A DNA stretch of 63,240 nucleotides, counting the filler, from Intoshia linei (lineage: Eukaryota > Animalia > Orthonectida), in assembly GCA_001642005.1 (NCBI GenBank). It is 3 parts of 3 records of this genome, joined end to end, with 100 filler letters (N's around TTAATTAATTAA, not from the genome) between each part and the next. Parts side by side here need not be neighbours in the genome. Positions count along the whole stretch, not along the records: positions 27,673 to 38,473 come from LWCA01001232.1; positions 38,574 to 63,240 come from LWCA01000526.1; 1 more part is not named here. One strand, 5' to 3'. A program made the position numbers and the translations under genes. Below, in pieces: positions 27,673 through 40,003 of the stretch. Position 1 is the first letter of the stretch. Every line of letters starts with the position of its first letter. The notes under the pieces are model-generated. The model saw nothing but the letters and a program-made list of their open reading frames with translations. It made no database searches and was not told the origin of the DNA.

Positions 27673-27827
27673 GTTCCATTCCATCAAGTATTTTTCGAGG
27701 TACAATATGAAACATGGATGACTACACATGTAGTCATCGGTCACTAATGGGTTAACTAAGTTAAAAACAGTTAAGTTTAGTTAAGTTAAGTTAAAAAACA
27801 ATATAATAAGACGGTCATACAATGTAC

Positions 27828-30800
27828 CTTAAAATCATCTTCAATGTCAATAATAACAATACTATTGAGTAAAGTTGAAACAGCTAGATATCTACCATTT
27901 TTTGAAAATGAAAAAATGTTAACTGCTGCAAACAAGTCTTCGGTAATTTCACAAAAACTTTCAATTTTTCCATTGTCATATTTGTAAATAAGGATTTTTG
28001 GCTAATTTAATAATAAATTAATGCTTCATTAAGTTTAATGATTAAACCTTTGATAAATCGGCCACAAAGAGAAATTTTCCATTGGGGGAAATTATAGCCG
28101 TACTGATTTGATATGTAAAGTTAATTTCATCAAAAAATACATTATCCTGTGTATAAATTTCAATCTTTTTGTCAGAAATGACAAAATAATGATTGTCTTT
28201 AGCATTAAAACTAATCTGTTTAGGTTGGGCTTTAAGAGGTGTTTGTTTACTAGTTTATAGAATTAAAATAAAATGCAAATACAATTACATTTCATTGTTG
28301 TCAAAATTAACATTTAAAAGCTTATCGTCCATTCCCCCTGATTTAAATGTTTTTGAATCTGAAGCGACGGGACACATTGCTGTCACAGAATTTCCATGTT
28401 CAGCTACTTTTTTAACATCAAAAGGATCGGTTGTCCATTTGCCTAAAATTATTTTTAAATATATTAATGAGTCACACGACGGAGTTCTGAACCATGTGAT
28501 ACCAGGGGTATTCTAATGGATAATGGCAATTTGAATGGTCAGATTAATCAATGGATAGTGGACCCCATTTTTTAATTTTCATCTGGTCCTCGATTTCCAC
28601 CACCCTGGGTCACATAACTAAAAATATTCAAATTAGGTGCTGGACCATATAAAATAACTGATGGCACTGTAGAAGATGAATCCACTACAGTCGTGTAAGT
28701 AGATTCTAATAGATTAAAAATAATTACACAATCTACCAGAAACTGATCCAGTTATATACTCATTGTCGGAAACCTTGGCCATACTTGAAATGGACGTAGA
28801 ATGACCCTAAACACATTATGTCATTATTTACAGTAATATTAAAATACATGGATTTGTCGTGTAATTTGATTTGAACTAACGTCAATATAAGATAAATATC
28901 CATTCAGAGACAATGAAATTACTTGATTGGTGTCTCCTTTGCACCATAGACCACCAGTTAGCATGTGTTCTAATTCAGATCCCATCGAAAGAGACCTATG
29001 AACATGATTAACATTTCCTGTTGTTAATTAAGGTGAACCTACAGCAAAGTCAGTCTATTATTATTTAATTTACTAACATTATAAGGGTAATTTCCAGTTT
29101 CAAATGACTATCAGAAGATTAAGGTCACTGAAAATTTCTGAAATTAATTTTCCTTGATTAGTTGCCAACAATGTGAAAACGTTAATCAGTACACTAAATA
29201 CTAAGACTATAAAACCTTACCGATCGTGAGTCAAATTTAACAAAAATTACTGTATTGATTTTTTAGTTTCAATATCCCACAATTTAACCGTTTTATCTGC
29301 TGAAAATGAAACTAATTTAGTTCCATCGGCATTATAATCAATCTAAATAAAAACCAATAAATCAAACCTCAATGAACAGACAATACCCCATAAATGCCAC
29401 CTTTATGTGTCTGTTCAAATTCACCAATGTGTTCTGCAGTTTTAACATCGAATATTAACATCTAAAATAATAAATACAAAAAAATATTAGAAAAACCCTC
29501 ATGTCCGATGATGCTGAAATGCAAATATCATTGTTTAACGATATTTTAGTGCAATTAACAAATCGAGAGTGTAACTAAAATGAAAAAATATAAATAAAAA
29601 TAATGTAATTTACACTGTGTTTTTTGACAAACTTAAAGGGTGGACCATTGTAAAAGATGACAGAATTATCATTTGAGCCACAAACCATCTTGTGAGGACG
29701 CTTTGGAGTAAAATCAACAGAATTTATTTTTCTACCAGAACCTCTAAGATCACCGACACTAGCTCCAGTGTCTGCAAGGATCACGGCAGCATAAGTTGAC
29801 CTACCTTCTCCAACTATACCAATTCTTTGGCTATCAAAAGTCCAACTTAAATCTAATATTTCTCCTGAAAATGGTTGGAATTCATTCTTCGTTATGTGGT
29901 CTGGTTGTGTAGCGTCCCATATTCTTATAGCACCACTTAGATCTAAGTTTATATAAATTTTATGTGTAAATAAGATAAATTTAAAATAAAGCATTTAATT
30001 TTAGATAAAAAAATTATCAAGTAATGTTATTTGAACAGGGCCGTGGAGATGATAATGTTTAAATTATTAACGCATAATAGAGTGCATAAATTTATAACAG
30101 CATAGTGAGTTTTAAATTAATAGACAAAAATGTTTAAAATATTGAAGTACTGTGCGTTAAAAACAATGAATTGCTATTAGATCAATAAAATGATGTGATT
30201 CCTCGATTTGTGTCTAGGTTTTTTCAAATTATTAACTAATAATCAAGTGCATAAACTTAAAATATTATTATTAGTAAAAACACTTTGTTTAAATATTTAA
30301 AATGTTTTCAAGTTAAAATATTATTAATATAACATCAAGAGAATATTATAATTTATCTCATTTGTTAAGATTTTAAATAATTCATCTTACTAATGTAATG
30401 AAGGTGCAACGAGTCACCGATGACATTTATCATTCTCGACCAATACAAAGTTTAAAGAAATTTTGGTGGTTTGCGAGTCGCAAACGATTCAAGGTACGAC
30501 AATTAATTATTAATAGTATTAAATGTTACTATGGTTACCCATTCTCGATTTTACACTAATTTATAACTATACAACATCGTCAAACTAAAGAACCTAGTAA
30601 TTTAATTAGTTCCGTCCGCCTTTTCAATGATTATTTTGAGTACCAATGGAAAAAGTTTACTATGGATCATATAAACAACTCAAGATGCAATAATTTTACA
30701 AAGATAAAAATTAAATTAAACCTCCAGAACAAATGTAGAATCCTGATGGACTGTATCTTGCTACTGCAGTCTTATACTTGTGATCTGTATAAACTTGGCA

Positions 30801-31026
30801 TAATGACGGATCCTAATAATTTATCAAAAAAATAAAAGAAAAATTTACTGAAATATTTCTAATATAAACATTAGAACCATTGCAATATAGTAAATTATTT
30901 CCTTTAGGATCCTGGCTAATAACTGCAGGTGTAGCTCTAACAGTACGAGGTAAAGCCGCAAAAACTTTCTCTGTTACAATTAAATGAAAACAATAAAATG
31001 ACAAAATTACCCAAATTAAAACTCAT
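27828..31026 (-). CDS. WDR1: WD repeat protein 1 / actin-interacting protein 1; 3' end lost in the gap
   Basis: [73 protein letters not shown]; further WD repeats toward 27828. Confidence 0.93.
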
Positions 31027-31202
31027 TATTTGCCTATTGATGGTAAATATGCATAAAGACGTTCACTTTGAACTGAAATTTATTTGTTCAAAAGTTGAAA
31101 ATTAGAACGAGACCAAGAACAATAGTTAAATATTGACATTTTTAAATATACGCACAAGTTTAAAATTTAATTCGTATATCATTTTTAAATTCTCTTTCAA
31201 AA

Positions 31203-31827
31203 ATGAATTATCCCGGAATGAATAATAATCAGTATAATCCAGGACAACAAAATTCAATGATGAACATTTATCAGCTTACAAGTGAAACTCAATTTAACCT
31301 CAACACTAGTGCAGTTTTGATAAGTACAATTTAATTTCAACCATACCTTTAAATTCAACTTATATACAATTTAGAATCTTTTGGTAAGACAATGCCTGGA
31401 CATGTTAGCCCAGCAGAATATCAAAGTTTGAAACAATGTGTTCAAAAATGGCAACAAATTTTTTTCGTCTACGACAAAGATAGGTCTGGAACCATATCAA
31501 TGGAGGAATTGAATAAAAGTAATATTTGTCAATTTTTTATTTATTTTAAACATAGTTTTGTGTGATTCCGGTTACCGGATTCAGCCTGAAACTGTACGTT
31601 CTATTGTATCATTTTCACTCAAATTACAAAAACAAGGACAACATCAATCCATGGTTCCTGTTAATGATTTAAATTTCGATACATTAATTTTTACTGCATT
31701 TGTTCTTGAAAGAATGACGAGCAAATTTAAAATGCATGACAATCAAAGGAATGGAATTGCTACCTATAATTATGATGATTATATAAGAGATGTTACTGAA
31801 ATTATCGATTTTTGTGGTGTTTTATAA
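31203..31827 (+). CDS. Penta-EF-hand family protein (ALG-2/peflin/sorcin-like), apparently lacking EF1; 3 exons
   Basis: Short Asn/Gln/Gly/Pro-rich N-terminus; FNLNTSAVLIKSF; EYQSLKQCVQKWQQIFFVYDKDRSGTISMEELNK (EF3); SGYRI; FKMHDNQRNGIATYNYDDY (EF5). Confidence 0.8.
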
Positions 31828-31897
31828 AATCATAGTAAAAATTTAAATGTAATGGAAGGAAAATGAAAATAATTAAATTTTTATTTTATTTTCTGTT

Positions 31898-34800
31898 TTA
31901 TTTCTTTTTAAATTCATTTATAGATTTTTCAGTAAGAGTGACAATATTCTACAAAGTAACAATATTAATACGTTATATAGTTTTATTACGTCTAGATTTC
32001 TAAATTTTTGGTTGTAATCTAATCCATAACCTACAATAAAGGCATCTTTGGGTACAGCAAATCCATAATCTAAATTATTTTAATTTATTTAGTTTTTATT
32101 ACACTTACAAGTAACGTTATTTAATTTTAATAAATTTGGATCCTCGACTTTACTGACTAATCTGAATTAATTTATAATGGTGTAACCAAAATTATATTTT
32201 ATTGATAGAATAATTACGTTACTACTTCAAATGGAATGTTTAAATTATCTAGATAGTTTTTAGAATGCATGAGGGATGTTCCACTGTCAATAATATCTTC
32301 GATGATTAAAAGATTCTAAATTTTTAAGTTTCAGACTTTAAGATAATATGGTTGTTGTATAATAGTTAATAATTCAAAGTTGGTTGATTAAGCTGTCAAT
32401 CCAATCATATGGTGTCTGAATAGCTATTCCAAAAATAAATTTAATTTTTTTGATTATCATCAGATGCATAAAAAAAACTCGAACCGAAAATGATGTTACA
32501 TAATAATATATATTTTTTTAAATTTTGAAAGATTTACAACGTAACTTCAATTCACTTCGTGAATTGATAGTTTATTTATCAATGTAAGTTGGACTTTGAT
32601 AGGTTGCAAACCCATTGATTAACATATAAATAAAATAACCTTTTCCTTCAGATTATTTTCATCCAGTAACGATATAATTTCAACGTTTTTTGATATATCA
32701 GTATTCTAGTAAAATTTTAAATTGGATTGTCAGAAATTATAAGTAAAATAATAAGGCACAAACTCATGATTGTGATTTAATAATTAATTCAACTTGACAC
32801 TTGAATGTTTAAAACAAGCAATAGTTTTACTAGCCAAAATAGCATGTCATCAATTTAAATTATTTCATGCTTCTCAAAAAAATTAAAAAGAATAGATAAA
32901 TGGGCGTATTTATAGTGTAATGCTTAAGATTGAATTCTCATTTTGCACTTACATTTTATATATCTTGTCATTTTTAACTCTTTGAGAAATATTCGTAATT
33001 TTTAAGATTGTTGGAAAATTTAAAACAAGCCATGTGGAATTGCATTGTATTTATTAGACACATGACATTTTTGCACTAATGTATACATTATAGGTACTTT
33101 AATGTGTTAACCCTTTCACTGTCTAATACTATTTTATGATGCATCACCACACGTCTGGAATTTATGTTTTAATTATTTAATATGTTTTTTTTTAATTATC
33201 TATATCAGTGGTTCTCAATCCATGTTCCGCGAAATATAAATGCGATATTTTTCAATTTAAAGTTTTTTTAAATAAATAAATTTAAAAAATATAAATTTAA
33301 AAGTTTCTAAGTTAATAAAACCAAAAATCAAATTTTGATATGCTTTTTTAGAATTTAAAATTTTTTATTCTAAGCCAATTTGTCTGATTTCCTATAATTT
33401 AATTCTGCATTTTAATATATTCAGTACTTATTTTGATCTAAACAAGTCATAAAATGGATTAATCCTAACTTAAATAAAATGCGACGCGATTTTTGTTTGT
33501 CTGTCTGTGTGTCCTACTTTATTGAAATGACTAGCACTCTTAGAATTTTTTAAGGACCACATTTTAATTACAGTTTTTTCCGGGATGTATAATAAGATAA
33601 ATTTCAACCTCCCAATTTCACATCTTAAGGGTCAAAAACCCCTGTTGTCCCTCTTTTTGAAAATTAAACGAATTGAAGAATTTAAAAAAATTATACCTTC
33701 ATGGCCAAAACCCCAAATTCCATTCCTTTATTTTTGAAAACAGCCCTAAAATTCCAATAAATTTACAGATGGTAGAGTTGTATCATGTTAACACACATAA
33801 AAAATTTCAATCCGAATAAGTGAAGTACAGTTGTATCCTGTTAACACACATAAAAAATTTCAATCCGAATAAGTGACGACCTTCACGGTAAAAAAAACAT
33901 TTTGAACATCTACGGCAATGAATTTATAAAAGTTATAAAAGAGTGCCCTCGGCAGAGCTAGGTGCTGTTTGTACGTAGTACAAAACAGCCAAGCTAGTGT
34001 TATATATATAGGAAATATCCAAATTATAAGCTTACTTTCATTGACAGCAATTAAGCATAAGAAACGGGCAAAGCTGCTGTCGGTAGAAAAAGAATTTCGT
34101 GTATGTCTCTCAAAAACACGTCTAAGAATTAAAAACCTCTGTAAAAAATATCAGGCCCAAATTTTTTATTGAGAAGGAAAAATAAATTTCTTTATTAAAA
34201 ATCAAATTTTTTTGATCATTCTTTTAGGTGCCGCGATTTTTTGAAATGTCATAAGAGTTCTGCGCAGTCAAAAAGGTTGAGAAACACTGACCTATATAAA
34301 AATGTATGAAAATAAAAGAATAAAGTTTTTCAAAATTATGCTGTGTATATCATAGAATATACAGACGTGTGAAGTGAAATTACTGTGTATAGCATAGAAT
34401 AACCAGACAGTGAAAGGGTTAAGGTTAGATCACAGAAAAAATTAGAAGCCAATAAATTTTGGATTGTTTACTAAAATAATTATTTATCGCACAGGCTTTT
34501 GTAATATTAAAATTCGTCGATATTATCTATTGCACTGGCTTTTACGATTTTATAATTTATTGATATTATCCATCGTATTCTCAAAGAGTTAAAATCTCAT
34601 ATAAGTTATTTTGTTATCTAAAGGTTAATATGTTTCACATAATTAGAATACAACACGATCGTTCAAAGAGGTGCGTTCCTTTAGTAAATCGTATAAAAAA
34701 CGGTCAAATCTTGAAAAGTAAAAATTACAATTCTAGATTTTATTCTTATAAATTCTACTTGATACTCCAAATAATCGTCTCCATTGTTGAGTATATTGAG

Positions 34801-35423
34801 ACAATTTGTGATATCGTTGGTAAATCTATTTGCTCCTTTTAAAATACAAATCAAAACCAATATTTTATTTGATCTTTTGTATTTTTTATGGATTTCACGA
34901 GCCAAAGATTTGATACTAAAAATTTAATTAACAAGTGTAATATGTCACTTCTAATCCAGGGATGGATCTTTTTTCTATATTTCGCATAAGATAGATTTCC
35001 TTGGAAATGTAATTCAAAAACAATTGCATATTGGAAAGAGTACTAATTATTGGTTTACTATCATTTTGAAACCGGTAACACCAAACTTGTGGATAATTTC
35101 TCATTTTCAGACACAAACTATTGACGAAACAAAATGTCAATTTTAGTTCCGCTTTTGGTAGTAAGAACTCTGAATATAGCACATTATGTGACCCTACAAA
35201 ATTTAACAATCAAATAAGACTGTACTTTAATATGGAATTTGGAAATATAAAAATTTGGTCAACCCCTCATATAAAATGCATATTACGTGTCGAGTATATT
35301 GTGATTAAATTATTACCATTCTTGTATGGCATATTTAGGTATTATTAAATCTTTGACGTGTGGTAACATCCATGTTTCAATTTGATCTTTATTCTTATTT
35401 AGTTCATTGGCAATATCTGAATT
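31898..35423 (-). CDS. HPRT: Hypoxanthine-guanine phosphoribosyltransferase; start codon not resolved
   Basis: Exons include KDLIIPKYAIQEC-IKSLAREIH..ICILKGANRF..EFIRIKSRI; a 66-nt exon at 32640-32705, NTDISKNVEIISLLDENNLKEK (same size and phase as human HPRT1 exon 4); NLLIIEDIIDSG (PRPP motif); GFAVPKDAFIVGYGLDYNQKFRNLD; and NIVTLTEKSINEFKKK*. Confidence 0.88.
33206..34289 (+). mobile_element. hAT (Buster-like) element nested in the piggyBac-like element
   Basis: TIR cagtggttctcaa / ttgagaaacactg. TSD atctatat/acctatat. Transposase C-terminus SLTAIKHKKRAKLLSVEKEFRVCLSK..IKNLCKKYQAQ. Confidence 0.8.
33463..33997 (+). mobile_element. Non-autonomous Helitron with both ends, nested in the hAT element
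   Basis: A|TC...CTAG|T insertion. Subterminal hairpin gctgtttgtac-gta-gtacaaaacagc lies a few nt before the CTAG. Confidence 0.8.
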
Positions 35424-36442
35424 CTAAATAATGTTAACTTATTTGTTTATCTAGCAATGTAATTCTTAGGTGTAATTTAATTTACAACAAAATTGATAAA
35501 ATATCTGTATTATTAGATTCAGATCCGAATAGGATTCCGAACCTACTAAATTCTAGGCCACCGAAAATAAAAATAGACCCTAAAAAAATTTCCCAAACGA
35601 TGCGTAGTGTCATAACCTAGCCACACCTTCAAGGCTTTAACATTCAAGATAGTCACGATATTCAAGACTATAATTTTTTTATTGCAATTTGTAAAAATTA
35701 TGACTGTTCAAAAAATTTTCGTAGAGGCCTCCTGAAAATGGACTCGTGGTATCGTAAATTGGAATCTGATTAAAATAATATCAAAATTCACATTATATAA
35801 TCCATAGAGTAAATTGGTGAGTAGAGCAGAATCTATCATGCTTGAGTGCCTTGCAAAGTAAAAATAGGCACTAAAAATTTTTCTACAAACCATGTCAAGG
35901 TGACATTGTCAACTGCCATATAGCCTACTCTACCTCTCCACGAGTCTCTGAACTCTGGAGTTGATATACAAATAGTTATGATATTCAAAAATGAGCACCC
36001 TATTTTACAAAAATTAAGCGAGGCATACACGGAAGTGGGTCTCGTTTACTGTAAGTTCAGTTATGAGATAATATTATAAGAGTGAGTTTATATTGTATTA
36101 GAAAATCACAAATTTTAAATTCTCTCATTTCAGATTGACTGATTAACAGTCAAGGATAAATCCGATCGATACATAAAAAGTGGAAGAAAAAACTTAATAA
36201 TCTAATTAATGTACTAATTAGTCTAATGGTAGTCGATTATTGTATATTTATTTTTAAAAAAAATTTACACATAAATCTATTGGAAACTTCATTATCGGTT
36301 TTTATATAATAAAATTTTTCAAGATAAAGCAAATGAACGTCATCCTGGTATACACCTGTGTTACGAGAAAATAAACTAAATTTCACGCTAAAAATTTAAA
36401 GTTGAATTTAAATTATTATTTTTAAAATGTAATATTTATTAA

Positions 36443-37860
36443 CCCTTACATACATTGGATATAATTGTTCAAAACTAAATATCGTTTTTACTCGAATGTA
36501 CTCGGAACAACTGTTGACAACTCCATACAGCTTTGAACAATTCCGTTTTCAATTGAAATAACATTAAATTATTTAAATATCTGTCAAGCCGAGATGTATG
36601 ATATACGACTTAATTTTAATTATACTATTTGTGTTTTCACATGTTTTTTTCAATAATTTAATTTTTTATAACAGATGTTAGATTAAATTTTATAATTTAC
36701 ACTCACGCCAACGAGATAATTGAAAACTCAAGCTATAGACTACAATTTATTTTTGATTTACATTGTTAGAAAAATATTTTTTATAAAAAGTATTCCGTGC
36801 TATTTATTTGGTAATATGAATATTTACAATGAATTATATACATTTATAGTTCTAATGCCTAACCCTAATCGATCCTTATTGAATAGCGTTTTGAGAACTA
36901 TTGACGAGGGGGAAGATGCAATTGAAAATGTGAATATTGTTGATAACATAGAAATTGAAATTGATTTCAGTGGTCCTATTTATAAATTTGTTTATATTAT
37001 AAATTTTCGTTTATATTACAGCATCCTGTTTTAATTTGTAGATAGGACTGGGCCCTAGTCATTCTAAAACTAATTTATTGATATTAAATTTTACATTTTC
37101 AACGTGTTCAATGTTATTTTTCTAAATTACGGTAATTCATCAAAATTTTCAATCTAAGTTATTAAAATAAATAAAAGCATAATATAAAATTTAATTATTT
37201 ACAGTAAATAAGTGGAAGGATTAAATGGTGTAGAAATTAAATTTTAAATTCTTCCACAACATTAAATCACTGTTCATGAATAATTGCATTAGAGTAAAAT
37301 TTTTGTAAATTTAAAGCTTAAATTTCGAGTTTTGTAAAAAAATAATTGAAGATTCCCATTCAAGAATTTAATGAAAAATACCTCCCATGTACCATTTGAT
37401 ATAAAAATTATCCTTCAAGGGTTTGGTCAAAAATATATTCATAATATGCAATTTTAGACTTATTTACCGTTTCCTGTTGTAAAATGTCAATGTTGAAAAA
37501 TTTCCAACCTTTCCAAATCTAAACAACGACCAAATAAGTTCAAAACATTAAATCATTTCATAAAATATTGATTATATTGATCTAATTCGTAGAAATCAAT
37601 TCGACGGTTCTAATGAATTGATAATAAAAATACTGACCATTATATTTATTAGGTGGATAATCTCACAAATTGTGATTTGCATAGTAGTTTTATAATGGTT
37701 TAACTGTTTACTATTGAGTAATCATAATAAATATAATTTGTAAACAGTACTGATAAAAATAACTGAATACAACCGAGTTGTCAACAGTTAAATTGAATTG
37801 TTCCGAGTACTTTCGAGTAAAAACGATATTATTTAATTTTGAACAATTTTATCCATTGAT
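36443..37860. mobile_element. Element with long imperfect inverted repeats; left end piggyBac-like
   Basis: About 36456-36523 (tggatataattgttcaaaa..tttttactcgaatgtactcggaacaactgttgacaactc) is inverted at about 37775-37856. The left end is TTAA|CCC; the right end is degraded. Confidence 0.6.
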
Positions 37861-38473
37861 TATAATTAAAAATGAATTTATGGCATAGCTGTTAATTCTG
37901 CTCAAATTTAGCAAAAATTAACCGCAATTTTTAATTAAAATTTGCTCATAAAATATTAGTACTAAGTCATAAATATGTCTATTAGGGTGTCACATTTTTT
38001 GGAAAATTTTAGAATTCGATGGGAAATTAGCATTAAAAGTGTGTATTTTTAATTAGAAAAACTAATTCGCAATCAAAAATATTTAACGTTATCTATTCGA
38101 GTTGCGTTTGTCATTTTAAATATCACTGTATAAATATTATGAAGAAATTAAAACTGAACTTTATTTTAACGGAAATCGGCGCTTTTAAACGTGGTACCGC
38201 CTTTATAATACTGTTCTCCATTTTTAGTTATACAGTTTATTTTTTTAAATTTGTTTCTAGCTTTTTTGGATTTTATTAACGATTTAATTTCTCGAATTCT
38301 GATTATTTACAATATAATAAATTCATTCAAATACAAGACATTCACGATCTTGTTAATCATGTTTGCAAAAATAAAGTCATGTTAAAATGAATATGGTCAA
38401 TACAGAGATTCCATAATACACCAAAATTTATCAGATATTTTTTGTTAAAATAACTTTTAAGTCATTTTTAAGA

Positions 38474-38573
38474 NNNNNNNNNNNNNNNNNNNNNNNNNNN
38501 NNNNNNNNNNNNNNNNNTTAATTAATTAANNNNNNNNNNNNNNNNNNNNNNNNNNNNNNNNNNNNNNNNNNNN
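38474..38573. other. Scaffold gap with artificial linker
   Basis: N44-TTAATTAATTAA-N44. Confidence 0.95.
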
Positions 38574-39079
38574 TTTAATGTTTAATATTATCATTTGAAA
38601 TAGTTTTTATGTCAATATTATATGATGGACATTGTAGAATATATTTTAAATTGAATATTTACCAGAAGTTTAAGTCTAAGTCTATCTGTTTATATTATAT
38701 TAGTTTAAGTCTATTTGAATTCCCACACTTCAAAACTTATAAACTGTTATTTAAGATATAAATGTGAAGTATTTTATAATAAATTGGAGCCTCTTTTTAA
38801 GATATAAGTGTGAAGTACTTTTATTAATTTGGGGCCCTTTTTTTAATGAGCGCCCCTGGGCTACAGCCCATATTTCCCATACTTTAAAACGGCTTTGCCT
38901 GGTAGTGATCCTCAATATTTTAAGAAACTCATTCTAATAACCAGAGTCTAATCCTAGAATGTATTGATTTTACTAATATTATATTGCATATCCATCCCAA
39001 ATGTTTCATTATAAAAATATTAATTGCGCCTTAATTAATTAATAACCTCGATGATGCATATTGTAAAAAATATAATTAC

Positions 39080-39298
39080 CATTTCGGATTTGGGACATTC
39101 AATTTTGGACAAAATATTGATTAAACATATTGCTGTATATTTATTTGGTAATTCAACGAATGCATGAGCTCTAGGTCCAGAATTAACGCTCCAATCAGTT
39201 TCAATATCACCATCACTGGAAAATACTTTATTTAAAGATACATCATTGCAGGAAGATTGACTTCTTATGAGAGGTGCAAAATTAGATTTAATGCTCAT
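39080..39298 (-). CDS. Probable first exon of an unidentified gene
   Basis: ATG-initiated 73-codon frame (MSIKSNFAPLIRSQSS...ECPKSEM) ending at a GTAATT donor, with coding-like GC content. No family recognised and no downstream exons traced. Confidence 0.4.
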
Positions 39299-40003
39299 AT
39301 CAACATGTATAAAACATTGTTTAGTTTAGAAATATTTAATGTTTATTTTTTCTTTATTTATTTAATGTACTTCGTATTAATCCTTATTTAAATTATTCAT
39401 TAGCGTTACTTTATATCTAATACATCCCATAAATCAAATTCGAATAATACAATTTATTCAGTGTCATATCGCGTAAATGTATTTTAGTTATCCAAGTTAA
39501 CTAGAACAAATCATTAAACAACTATATCGTAATATAAATCTTATCAAAATTGATAGATTAATTGTTAATCCTTTACATTTCCATGTATCAAAAGTATATC
39601 AAAATGCAATCTACCAATTATCAAGTTTTCGTATTTTTTATTAGTGTTAAGGTTTATACACTTTTTGCAAGTAAGTCTGACAATAATAAAGCTATTCACA
39701 TTGGAATGCAAATTGTTTAGTGTATGTATAGAAGGTATAGTATTCTACTTATGTATCAAAAACGAAATGTAATGATTTTAGGAATTTGATATATATATTT
39801 TAATAAAATTACAAGTACAACAACAGAAATACATATACATTGTACAATGCAATACAATTCAACATTACCATTATTCCATTAATTTGAAATTAATTTTGAT
39901 CTATATTAAAACATAATTTATGTTAAATGAATATGATTAGTGTAGGTATTTATTTTGTTAAGAATTCTATATTTTAGACACAAAAATGGAAAATTGATAT
40001 CAT

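Larger units (their letters stand above)
33111..34418. mobile_element. piggyBac-like non-autonomous element, host of nested hAT and Helitron
   Basis: TTAA|ccctttcactgtct ... agacagtgaaaggg|TTAA, with a perfect 14-bp TIR. Confidence 0.85.

Noticed and set aside
31990-32070. Bacterial-looking GYGLD...RNL motif suggesting horizontally acquired HPRT
   Set aside because: The gene shares intron positions and a 66-nt exon with animal HPRT1 and has the animal-length N-terminal region, so vertical inheritance is the simpler explanation.
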